Assembly: GCA_902624495.1 (NCBI GenBank)
Contig: CACNYH010000002.1
Coordinates: 8,349-72,348, forward strand
Length of the DNA stretch: 64,000 nucleotides
From: an uncultured Pelagibacteraceae bacterium
GTDB taxonomy: Bacteria; Pseudomonadota; Alphaproteobacteria; Pelagibacterales; Pelagibacteraceae
Direction: 5' to 3'
Position numbers and translations under genes: made by a program. Below, piece by piece: positions 14,839 through 22,882 of this stretch. Under the pieces are notes generated by a model. The model ran no database searches and was not told where the DNA came from. It was given only the letters and a program-made list of their open reading frames with translations. How positions within the stretch are numbered: the first letter of the stretch is position 1; the number at the start of each line of letters is the position of its first letter.

Positions 14839-16098
14839 ATGGAAAATTATAAGTGTAAATCTGTTGGGATAGTAGGTTCAGGTATTCAAGGAGTGTGTAC
14901 AGGTCTTCAACTTATAAAAAAAGGCATACCAGTTACAATTTTTGATCGACAAGATCCTTTATCGTCAGAATATAAACCAGCATCTTATGGTAACGCTGGT
15001 CATTTTTCTCCTTACGCAGTATTACAATTTAATCGTCCAGATATTTTATATGATGTTCCAAAAATGCTCTTTAGTTCTTATGGACCTCTTGCTTTAAAAT
15101 GGAATTATATTCCAAAAATGTTTAATTGGTTTTTATATTACTTAAAAAACTGTAATAAAAAATCTATGTTACATACTGCTAAGTACATGCATCAAATTTT
15201 AAGTTTATCGAATGACGCTTATGAAGAAATATTTCAGGAAATAAATGTAGATGGTCTAGTTGAAAAAAAAGGAATTATTTATGTTTGGACTAATAAAAAC
15301 TTAAAAAGCAGAAAACTAGAAATAAAAGTTAGAGATGAACTAGGAGTGAGACAAAAATTATTAACGCGTGAAGAGATACTAAAATTAGAGCCAAATTTAA
15401 ACCCAGTATTTGATGCTGGTGTTATATATGAGAACGCTATGCATGCCAGAGATCCTCACGGAATTCTCAAAGAAATTTTTAAATTATATATAAAAAGAGG
15501 TGGTAAATTTATTCAATCAGATATTACAAGCATAGAACAGAAAACGGCAAACGAAACAATTATAAAATCGGCTAATGATGTATATAAGTTTGAAAAGTCA
15601 GTGATTGCATCAGGAGCATTTTCAAAAAAATTGACTGATCAACTTGGTGAAAATATTCCTTTAGATACCGAGAGAGGATATCACGTGCATTTTAAAGACA
15701 AAGATAAATTAATTTCTAGACCTGTAATTTTCTTAGACAGAGGATTTGGCATGACGCCAATGAACCAAGGTTTACGAGCTGTAGGAACAGTTGAATTAGG
15801 TGGATTAAAAAACCCTCCTTCAAAAAAAAGAATTGAATATATTATAAATTGTGCAAAAGAATTACTACCACAACTCGGCGAACATGATGATGAATGGCTT
15901 GGGTTTAGACCTACTTTACCTGATTTTTTACCTATTCTTGGCCCTTCACTAAAAAATAAAAATATAATCTATGCATTTGGTCATCAGCATTTAGGCTGGA
16001 CTTTAGGGGCTGTGACAGGCAAAATTATCTCTGGTGTAGTTGCAGGTGAAAAAACAAATTTAGATTTAGCACCCTACAGCTCTAAAAGATTTAATTAG
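14839..16098 (+). CDS. FAD-dependent D-amino acid dehydrogenase-like (DadA/DAO family) oxidoreductase
   Basis: GSGIQG Rossmann motif, ASYGNAG, ERGYH, WLGFRPTLPD, GHQHLGWTLG. Confidence 0.85.
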   Translation: MENYKCKSVGIVGSGIQGVCTGLQLIKKGIPVTIFDRQDPLSSEYKPASYGNAGHFSPYAVLQFNRPDILYDVPKMLFSSYGPLALKWNYIPKMFNWFLYYLKNCNKKSMLHTAKYMHQILSLSNDAYEEIFQEINVDGLVEKKGIIYVWTNKNLKSRKLEIKVRDELGVRQKLLTREEILKLEPNLNPVFDAGVIYENAMHARDPHGILKEIFKLYIKRGGKFIQSDITSIEQKTANETIIKSANDVYKFEKSVIASGAFSKKLTDQLGENIPLDTERGYHVHFKDKDKLISRPVIFLDRGFGMTPMNQGLRAVGTVELGGLKNPPSKKRIEYIINCAKELLPQLGEHDDEWLGFRPTLPDFLPILGPSLKNKNIIYAFGHQHLGWTLGAVTGKIISGVVAGEKTNLDLAPYSSKRFN

Positions 16099-16105
16099 GA
16101 TTTTT

Positions 16106-16996
16106 TTGTCAAAAAATTATTTAGCTTATACTTTTCTTACATTAGCGGCTTTATTCTGGTCAGGAAATTTTATAATTGGTAAATTCGCAACTTTATTTGA
16201 AGTTCCGCCACTAACACTTAACTTTTTAAGATGGGTTATGGTGTGGTTTATTTTAATTCCTTTTACAATTAAAGAAATTTTAGCAAAAAAAAACTATATT
16301 AAAGAAAACTTTTTTGCAATTGGAATAATGGGAATATTATCAATTAGCACTTTTAATTCTGTAGTGTACTTTGCTTTAAACTTTACTCAAGTTATTAATG
16401 CAGTTTTAATGTTAGCTGCTATTCCACCAATGATAATAATTTTTTCGTCACTTATGAAAATTGAAAAAACAAATATATTTCAATTATCTGGATTATTCTT
16501 ATCAATATTTGGAGTTGCAACAATTATTTCAAATGCAGATATTCAAAAAATAATATCTTTAAGTTTTAACAAAGGAGATATATGGATGCTAGTTTGTGTT
16601 TTAAGTTGGTCATTATACTCAACCTTACTCAAAAAAAATAAATTTCAAATATCTCAATTTACTTTAATCCAAATTATGGTAACTGTAGGATTAATATTTT
16701 TAGTGCCACAATTTTTATATGAAAAATCAATTGGATTAGATATAAAAATTAATAAAGCTTTTATCTTAATATTATTTTACGTAGTTATCTTTCCTGCTAT
16801 CGCAGCTTATTATTGTTGGCAAAAAGCTATAGAATTAATAGGCCCCAACAGATCGTCTATGTTTATTCAGCTAATGCCACTTTTCAGTGCGATCATGGCA
16901 ATTATAATTTTCAAAGAAAAATTTCAATTATTTCATTTTATTGGAGCATCTTTTATTATATCTGGTATTTATTTATCAAATAGGAAATCTCAATGA
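16106..16996 (+). CDS. DMT/EamA family transporter
   Basis: About 10 TM segments, LFWSGNF motif, two EamA repeats. Confidence 0.88.
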   Translation: MSKNYLAYTFLTLAALFWSGNFIIGKFATLFEVPPLTLNFLRWVMVWFILIPFTIKEILAKKNYIKENFFAIGIMGILSISTFNSVVYFALNFTQVINAVLMLAAIPPMIIIFSSLMKIEKTNIFQLSGLFLSIFGVATIISNADIQKIISLSFNKGDIWMLVCVLSWSLYSTLLKKNKFQISQFTLIQIMVTVGLIFLVPQFLYEKSIGLDIKINKAFILILFYVVIFPAIAAYYCWQKAIELIGPNRSSMFIQLMPLFSAIMAIIIFKEKFQLFHFIGASFIISGIYLSNRKSQ

Positions 16997-17943
16997 TTAA
17001 AGTTGCAGTGTTGGATGATTATCAAAATGCCTTTGAAGAGGTTATTGATACAGAAAAATTAAAAAATAAATTTGATTTTAAAATTTTTAATGAGGCCTTT
17101 AATGATGAAGATGATGCTATCGAGGCTTTAGAGGAATTTGAAGCATTATTTATAATGCGAGAAAGAACCCCTATCACAAAAAATTTATTAGAAAATTTAC
17201 CAAATCTTAAGTACATAATGACTTCAGGCATGCGAAATAATTCCATTAATATAGAAGTAACCAAAAAAAAAGGCATTTTAGTGTGTGGAACTGAAATAAA
17301 TTCAAATCCTGCAGCTGAGATAACTTGGACTTTGATCTTAGGCCTTCTAAGAAACGTTAAACAAGAAATTGATAATATGTTTCAAGGATATTGGCAGACT
17401 ACTATTGGTACAGAATTAAAAGGTAAAATGTTGGGGGTAATAGGCTTGGGAAAAATTGGAACACAAGTTGCAAAGGTAGGCAAAGCTTTTGGAATGGAAG
17501 TTTGCGCTTGGAGTGAAAATCTAAATTTATCTCACGCGAATGAACTTGGAGTTTTACCTATGAGTAAAGAGGATTTACTTAAAAATTCAGATATAATTTC
17601 TATTCATTTAGTTTTAGGTGAAAGATATAAAAATTTAATTACAAAAAAAGAGATTGAAATGATGAAAAAAACTAGTTTTCTAATTAATACTTCTAGAGGC
17701 CCGATTATTAACGAAAATGATTTAGTTGAGGCTTTAAAGGATGAAAAAATTGCCGGAGTTGGTTTAGACGTTTATGATAAAGAACCTCTTCCACAAGACC
17801 ATAAACTTCGATTTCTTCCAAATGCTTTATTATTACCCCATATCGGTTACGTGACTGCTGAAAATTACTCAAAATTCTACTCGCAAATGATTGAAAATTT
17901 AGAAAGTTGCTTAGAAAACAAGCCTTTACGGATAATCTCATAG
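16993..17943 (+). CDS. D-2-hydroxyacid dehydrogenase family protein (PGDH-like)
   Basis: VAVLDDYQ, MRERTP, GLGKIG, INTSRG, DVYDKEP, PHIGY. Confidence 0.9.
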   Translation: MIKVAVLDDYQNAFEEVIDTEKLKNKFDFKIFNEAFNDEDDAIEALEEFEALFIMRERTPITKNLLENLPNLKYIMTSGMRNNSINIEVTKKKGILVCGTEINSNPAAEITWTLILGLLRNVKQEIDNMFQGYWQTTIGTELKGKMLGVIGLGKIGTQVAKVGKAFGMEVCAWSENLNLSHANELGVLPMSKEDLLKNSDIISIHLVLGERYKNLITKKEIEMMKKTSFLINTSRGPIINENDLVEALKDEKIAGVGLDVYDKEPLPQDHKLRFLPNALLLPHIGYVTAENYSKFYSQMIENLESCLENKPLRIIS

Positions 17944-18052
17944 AAAAGCACTTCCCTTACAGGTTGTATTATATATAAACTCATTTTGAGTGATTCGTTT
18001 GTTTTATGACAAACAAATCTCTGCTTAAATTAGGAAAATATAAAAAGGGAGT

Positions 18053-18454
18053 ATGAAAAAAATTTTTGGTTTTTTGCTTGGACTCACTTTATTAACAGGT
18101 TGTGCTGAGTCTTTAGCTCTATTAGGACCTACCTCTACCGCAGTAACTGGTGGAAACATTGCCCAGTCAGCTCTTTCTTCAGCAGTAAATTATGGTGTAA
18201 AAAAACAAACTGGAAAAAGTCCAATGGAACATGCAATGACATATGCCGAGGAAATGAATCCGCAGAAAAAGAAAGAGCCTTGCTTATCATTTGCTGAAAA
18301 AACTAACTCAGAAATTTGCGCTATTGTGAAAAAACAATTGAAAATAACTAAATCGAAGATATTAAAGAAATCAAAGGAAAGTTCTATAAAAGACCTTACT
18401 TCATCTCTTCAACCTAGTATTAATAAAAAATCTAAAATTAAGTATTTAGATTAA
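18053..18454 (+). CDS. Hypothetical lipoprotein (paralog 1 of tandem pair)
   Basis: Lipobox LLTG-C, SD AGGGAG; clear similarity to 18594..19001. Confidence 0.8.
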   Translation: MKKIFGFLLGLTLLTGCAESLALLGPTSTAVTGGNIAQSALSSAVNYGVKKQTGKSPMEHAMTYAEEMNPQKKKEPCLSFAEKTNSEICAIVKKQLKITKSKILKKSKESSIKDLTSSLQPSINKKSKIKYLD

Positions 18455-18593
18455 TTTATTCAAAAACAAATTAGCATTTTAAATTTAAGATTTTAACCAC
18501 CTTGGGTTGTGTTGATAAAAATTAAACTTTTATAATTAACTTTCATTTAAAGATGAAGCAGATATATGGGAGCAATTAAAACAGGTTTTTATC

Positions 18594-19001
18594 ATGAAAA
18601 AGATATTGATATTATTATCAACTATTTTCTTACTGAACGGTTGCGCTGAATCTTTAGCATTACTTGGCCCAGGTGCCTCGAACGGAAGATTTGTTCAATC
18701 CAGTTTAAATTCAGCGATAAGTTATGGGGTTAAAAAACAAACAGGAAAAACTCCTTTCGAACACGCTATTGCTTACGTAGAAGAAAAAAATCCAGATAGA
18801 AAAAAAGAAACCTGTATTTCTTCTTTTGAAATAACAAGGTCTGAATTTTGCACTATTGTTAAAAAACAAATTAAGTCTAAAAGTACTGCTATGGTAGAAA
18901 AGTCTACAGACTTTGTAAAAGAATTTCCAAAAAGTAAAATTAAAGAAATATCTAAGATTGAAAAGATAGCAAAGAAATCAATTATTTATAATAGAAGGTA
19001 A
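18594..19001 (+). CDS. Hypothetical lipoprotein (paralog 2 of tandem pair)
   Basis: Lipobox LLNG-C; shares CAESLALLGP, YGVKKQTGK.P.EHA, KKE.C, SE.C.IVKKQ with paralog 1. Confidence 0.8.
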   Translation: MKKILILLSTIFLLNGCAESLALLGPGASNGRFVQSSLNSAISYGVKKQTGKTPFEHAIAYVEEKNPDRKKETCISSFEITRSEFCTIVKKQIKSKSTAMVEKSTDFVKEFPKSKIKEISKIEKIAKKSIIYNRR

Positions 19002-19019
19002 TTCCGATTTCTTTTAAAC

Positions 19020-19046
19020 GATGGCCCCAATAAATTTGGGACCACC
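19020..19046 (-). terminator. Hairpin after metY, between convergent genes
   Basis: Minus strand GGTGGTCCCAA-ATTTA-TTGGGGCCATC, 11 bp including G-U pairs; weak U-tract. Confidence 0.55.
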
Positions 19047-19056
19047 TTATTAATAT

Positions 19057-20349
19057 TTAAGCAGCTAAAGCTTGCTTGATATCCGCAACAATATCGTCTG
19101 GATGTTCAATACCAATCGATAATCTGACATAACCTGGTGTAACACCAGCAGCTAACATTTCTTTCTCTGTAAGCTGACTATGCGTTGTTGTTGCTGGGTG
19201 AATTGCTAAACTTCTAGCATCACCAATATTCGCTACGTGGTAAAGCATTTTTAAGTTGTCAATGAACTTAGCTCCTGCTTCTTTTGTTCCTAGATCCATA
19301 CCTATTAAAGATCCATAACCACCTTGCATATATTTTTTAGCTCTATCTCTAATTTCACCTTGATAATTAGTTGGATAGATAACCTTTTTAACTTTTTTGT
19401 GACCATCTAAGAAATTCACAACTTTCTCTGCATTGTTACAATGTTGTTTCATTCTTAAAGCTACAGTTTCCAAACCTTGAATGATTTGAAAAGCATTAAA
19501 TGGACTTAATGGAGCCCCTAAGTCTCTCAATAAAACTACTCTTGCTCTGATAACAAATGGAATATTAGCACCAGTTAATTGTGGAACTGCATCTGCCCAA
19601 ACTGCACCATGATAACTTTGATCTGGTTCATTTAATAGAGGCTGTCTTTTTCTATCTTTTATCCAATCAAAATTTCCTCCATCTACAATTATTCCTCCAA
19701 TTGAAGTGCCATGACCACCAATATATTTTGTCAAAGAGTGCATTACAATTGCAGCTCCATGAGCTAAAGGCTTACATATCACTGGTGAAGCTGTGTTATC
19801 GATAATTAAAGGAATACCTTTTTTTCTACCGATATCAGAAACTTCTTTAATTGGAAAAACACGAAGATATGGATTTGGAAGAGTCTCACCATAGTAAGCT
19901 CTTGTTTTATCATCAGTCACTTTTTCAAAGTTTTTAGGATCTGCAGGATCTGCAAATCTAACTTCAATACCTTGTTGCCTTAAAGTATTTTTGAATAAGT
20001 TAACTGTACCTCCGTATAAATCAGTTGAAGCAACAATGTTATCTCCAGCTTGTGCTAAGTTTTGAATACACATTGCTGAGGCTGCTTGGCCTGATCCCAC
20101 TGCACATGCTGCTACACCGCCCTCAAGCGCTGCAACTCTTTTTTCTAGCACATCTACAGTTGGATTCATTATACGTGTATAAATATTACCAAACTCTTTT
20201 AGACCAAATAAATTTGCAGCATGTTCTGCATTTTTAAATTGGTAAGAAGTTGTTTGGTAAATAGGAACTGCTACAGCTGTTGTAGTAGGATCAGCTCTAT
20301 AATCACTACCATGTAAGCCTATAGTTTCCGGATGTTTAAAATCAGACAT
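19057..20349 (-). CDS. metY: O-acetylhomoserine sulfhydrylase / aminocarboxypropyltransferase
   Basis: AVPIYQTTSY, YTRIMNPT, HSLTKYIGGHG (PLP lysine), ANIGDARSL, HPATTTHSQL. Confidence 0.96.
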   Translation of the reverse strand: MSDFKHPETIGLHGSDYRADPTTTAVAVPIYQTTSYQFKNAEHAANLFGLKEFGNIYTRIMNPTVDVLEKRVAALEGGVAACAVGSGQAASAMCIQNLAQAGDNIVASTDLYGGTVNLFKNTLRQQGIEVRFADPADPKNFEKVTDDKTRAYYGETLPNPYLRVFPIKEVSDIGRKKGIPLIIDNTASPVICKPLAHGAAIVMHSLTKYIGGHGTSIGGIIVDGGNFDWIKDRKRQPLLNEPDQSYHGAVWADAVPQLTGANIPFVIRARVVLLRDLGAPLSPFNAFQIIQGLETVALRMKQHCNNAEKVVNFLDGHKKVKKVIYPTNYQGEIRDRAKKYMQGGYGSLIGMDLGTKEAGAKFIDNLKMLYHVANIGDARSLAIHPATTTHSQLTEKEMLAAGVTPGYVRLSIGIEHPDDIVADIKQALAA

Positions 20350-20389
20350 TGATTTTCCCCCTTACTGTTTCTCTTATCGTTTCGTTCAT
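20342..20389 (-). CDS. Putative leader mini-ORF 2 (MNETIRETVRGKINV, 15 aa), overlaps metY start by 8 nt
   Basis: GGAG 5 nt before the ATG; ATG overlaps the uORF1 stop (ATGA); stop TGA lies within the first metY codons. Confidence 0.45.
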   Translation of the reverse strand: MNETIRETVRGKINV

Positions 20390-20439
20390 TTTTTCTCCGT
20401 CTTTCTGGAGAAGAATGAACGAAATTTAATTCTGTTCAT
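20386..20439 (-). CDS. Putative leader mini-ORF 1 (MNRIKFRSFFSRKTEKK, 17 aa) directly behind the SAM-V Shine-Dalgarno
   Basis: AAGGAG-AAG-ATG at the 3' end of the SAM-V aptamer; open for 17 codons to TGA. Confidence 0.5.
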   Translation of the reverse strand: MNRIKFRSFFSRKTEKK

Positions 20440-20442
20440 CTT

Positions 20443-20496
20443 CTCCTTTTTAGTACTTCGGCAAATGCCAGGTGTACAATATGGTTCAAATACCCG
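20443..20496 (-). ncRNA. SAM-V riboswitch aptamer
   Basis: Minus strand CGGGTATTTGAACCATATTGTACACCTGGCATTTGCCGAAGTACTAAAAAGGAG: P1 CGGGT/ACCTG, UUUGAAC..UAUUGUAC loop, small hairpin, AGUACUAAAAAGGAG pseudoknot tail; upstream of metY. Confidence 0.9.
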
Positions 20497-20516
20497 ATTT
20501 AATTTTAGATTATTCC

Positions 20517-20546
20517 AAAAAAAAACCACCGGCTAAAGCGGTGGCC
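20517..20546 (-). terminator. Intrinsic terminator of the SAM-II expression platform
   Basis: Minus strand GGCCACCG-CTTTAGC-CGGTGG followed by T9; CGCTTTAGC is complementary to the aptamer tail GCTAAAGCG. Confidence 0.88.
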
Positions 20547-20558
20547 AAAATGACTTTG

Positions 20559-20608
20559 CGCTTTAGCTGGATTTGTATAGCGCCCGCAAGTTGCCTTAAC
20601 TCAGCGCT
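20559..20608 (-). ncRNA. SAM-II riboswitch aptamer
   Basis: Minus strand AGCGCTGAGTTAAGGCAACTTGCGGGCGCTATACAAATCCAGCTAAAGCG fits the SAM-II pattern GCGCUGA.UUAA...UUGC..GCGC...AAAU..AGCUAAA. Confidence 0.85.
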
Positions 20609-20615
20609 TAACAAA

Positions 20616-20645
20616 AATATAGCAATTATTTAATATCCTTGTCAA
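20616..20645 (-). promoter_or_regulatory. Putative sigma70 promoter of the metY leader
   Basis: TTGACA-18 nt-TATATT with extended -10 TG; ends about 7 nt before SAM-II P1. Confidence 0.7.
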
Positions 20646-20652
20646 TCAATAA

Positions 20653-21570
20653 TTAAATATTATTCCAGAACAATTTGGCAAGGTTTATTCCAGATAAATC
20701 TTTATATGCGGCTAATCCAGTAGGGCTAGTAACGTTAATATCGCCAATTAATTTCCCTTGTACGAAATCTACTCCCGCAAAATATATATTATTTTTTACT
20801 AATAGTTTCCCAATTGCTTTGCTTGCTTTAACTTCTTTGCTTGTGAGCTTTGTTAACTTCGCTTTAGCTCCTTTACTCATATTGGATAAAATACTGCCTT
20901 TTTTAGGAACTCTAGAAATAGCACCTATAATCTTTCCCTTAATAATAAATACTCTTTTATCACCTTTTGAAACTCCAGGTAAAAACTTTTGAAAAAATAA
21001 ATGATTATGAGTTTTCAATAATTTTCTAATTTTGCTTGTGTTAAAGTTTTTCAATAAAATTACGTTATTACCACTGAAACCATTAATAGGTTTTGCCACA
21101 ACAGTTTTATATCTTCTAAAAAAACTTCTAATTTCTGAAAGGTTTTCACTAATTAAAGTTGGAGGCATATACCTCATTAAATTTATAGAAAATAATTTTT
21201 CAGATATGTTTCTTACAGCAAAAGGGTGATTTATAATCTTAACCTTCTTAGAGATATGGTTTAGTAAGAATGTTGTATATAAATAACGATTATTAAAAGG
21301 GGGATCATTTCTAATTAATATAACTTTAGATCTTTCTAAATTAAAATTAAGATTTTTAAGCAGTGAATAGAATTTCTTTTTATTTTCATTAATTCTTATA
21401 TGCTTACAAGAAGCAATAACTTTACCATTTAAAAAACTTAGATTTTCTGGTTCAAAATAATATATTTTGTAACCTCTTTTTTGTGCTTCAGATGCTAAAA
21501 GAATAGTCGTATCAGTTTTGATATTTACTTTTTTTAGATCAGAACCCTGAATAGCTAAAATTTTCGTCAT
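20653..21570 (-). CDS. gshB: Glutathione synthetase
   Basis: LIRNDPPF, EKLF, KPINGFSG, GDKRVF, INVTSPTG. Confidence 0.92.
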   Translation of the reverse strand: MTKILAIQGSDLKKVNIKTDTTILLASEAQKRGYKIYYFEPENLSFLNGKVIASCKHIRINENKKKFYSLLKNLNFNLERSKVILIRNDPPFNNRYLYTTFLLNHISKKVKIINHPFAVRNISEKLFSINLMRYMPPTLISENLSEIRSFFRRYKTVVAKPINGFSGNNVILLKNFNTSKIRKLLKTHNHLFFQKFLPGVSKGDKRVFIIKGKIIGAISRVPKKGSILSNMSKGAKAKLTKLTSKEVKASKAIGKLLVKNNIYFAGVDFVQGKLIGDINVTSPTGLAAYKDLSGINLAKLFWNNI

Positions 21571-22882
21571 GATTTATTAAAAAGTTCAAGTCTTGGGATT
21601 TATTATATTGATCAATTAGCATTTCTGCTCTTGTTTTTTTATTATTAATTATTTGCTCAATATGTTTTAGGTAAATTGTTTCATTTTTTCCGTTTTTATT
21701 AGTTTCATTTCTCCTTTCCAAACCTTTTTTTGAAAGATCTAGAAATATTTTAGCCCAGTCAATTAATTTTTTGTTTCCAAGAGTAGTATTAAGCCCTAAT
21801 TTAGGTGAATTAAAATAAGCATCTAGAACTTCTTCTTTTTTCCAATTTTTAATAGTTTCAAATGTTTCATCTAATGATCCATAAATTAAACCAGTGAAGA
21901 AAGATGGTCCATTACAGATGCAACCAAAATTACAAGTATCTAAGGATCTAAACTCTAAAACTTGTTTTAATCTAACTTCAGTAAAAATAGTTCCTAAATG
22001 ATTTTCAAAATCCTTAACTGTGGGCTTCTCCCCTTTTAAATAATTTAAATTTCCACTTAAGTAATCATTAAAAGTTTGACCATTCGGAGTGTAATATCTG
22101 TCATTTTTTTTTAGAAATAATATTGGATATTTAAGAACATGATCAATATATTTTTCAAAACTAATACTCTCAAAACTAATTGGCATAATTCCCCCTCTAT
22201 TAGTTTCTTGCCAAACCTTACCTCTGTAAGATAAAAAACCTGATAATTTATTTTCATTGAAGGGGGAATTAGCAAACAAAGCAATAGTTAATGGCGTTAA
22301 ATAATTTCCAATCTTAAATTTTTTTTCAAAATCTTTCTCTGACGTATAATCATAGTTTATTTGAATGCCTGCTGTTTTATACATCATATCTAAACTTAGT
22401 TTTCCTTTCTTGGGCATTTCGTTCGTCATAATTTTATAACGTTCTTTTGGACTCTTGGGTATCTCCAGTAATTTATTAAAAGGATCGTATGCTATTGACG
22501 AGGTTGTAATTTTAGCTGTTTCGAAAATTTCTTTTAATTCATTAAAGTGCGAACTATTTTCTGAGCAGACTAGATGAATATTTTTAAATGGAGCGCCTGA
22601 AAGTTCATATTGAAACCCAGGCTCAGTTGTAATTTTTTGATTATTTCTTTTTAGCCCAACTACTTTATCTTTTTCAAATTGAAGCTGCCATCCTCTTACT
22701 GTAAGTATTTCAAATAATTTTTTTATTTGAGAATAGTTTATTCTTTTGAGATCATCTTTATTAAAAAGAAATTTCTCGTGCTCTACACCAACTCTAAGTT
22801 GATTTTTATTTTTAATCCCATCTTTGAAATATTGAATTAATTGATCTTTGTTTTGAACTACTTCGTTTAAAGATTTATTCAA
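21539..22882 (-). CDS. gshA: Glutamate--cysteine ligase (plant/alphaproteobacterial type)
   Basis: GVEHEKF, TEPGFQYELSGAP, PKERYKIM, ALFANSPF, HLGTIFTEVRLK. Confidence 0.93.
   Translation of the reverse strand: MNKSLNEVVQNKDQLIQYFKDGIKNKNQLRVGVEHEKFLFNKDDLKRINYSQIKKLFEILTVRGWQLQFEKDKVVGLKRNNQKITTEPGFQYELSGAPFKNIHLVCSENSSHFNELKEIFETAKITTSSIAYDPFNKLLEIPKSPKERYKIMTNEMPKKGKLSLDMMYKTAGIQINYDYTSEKDFEKKFKIGNYLTPLTIALFANSPFNENKLSGFLSYRGKVWQETNRGGIMPISFESISFEKYIDHVLKYPILFLKKNDRYYTPNGQTFNDYLSGNLNYLKGEKPTVKDFENHLGTIFTEVRLKQVLEFRSLDTCNFGCICNGPSFFTGLIYGSLDETFETIKNWKKEEVLDAYFNSPKLGLNTTLGNKKLIDWAKIFLDLSKKGLERRNETNKNGKNETIYLKHIEQIINNKKTRAEMLIDQYNKSQDLNFLINHDENFSYSGF

Noticed and set aside
18006-18056. Short ORF MTNKSLLKLGKYKKGV overlapping the lipoprotein 1 start
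   Set aside because: No SD, AT-rich background composition, and the downstream gene has its own good SD; consistent with chance.
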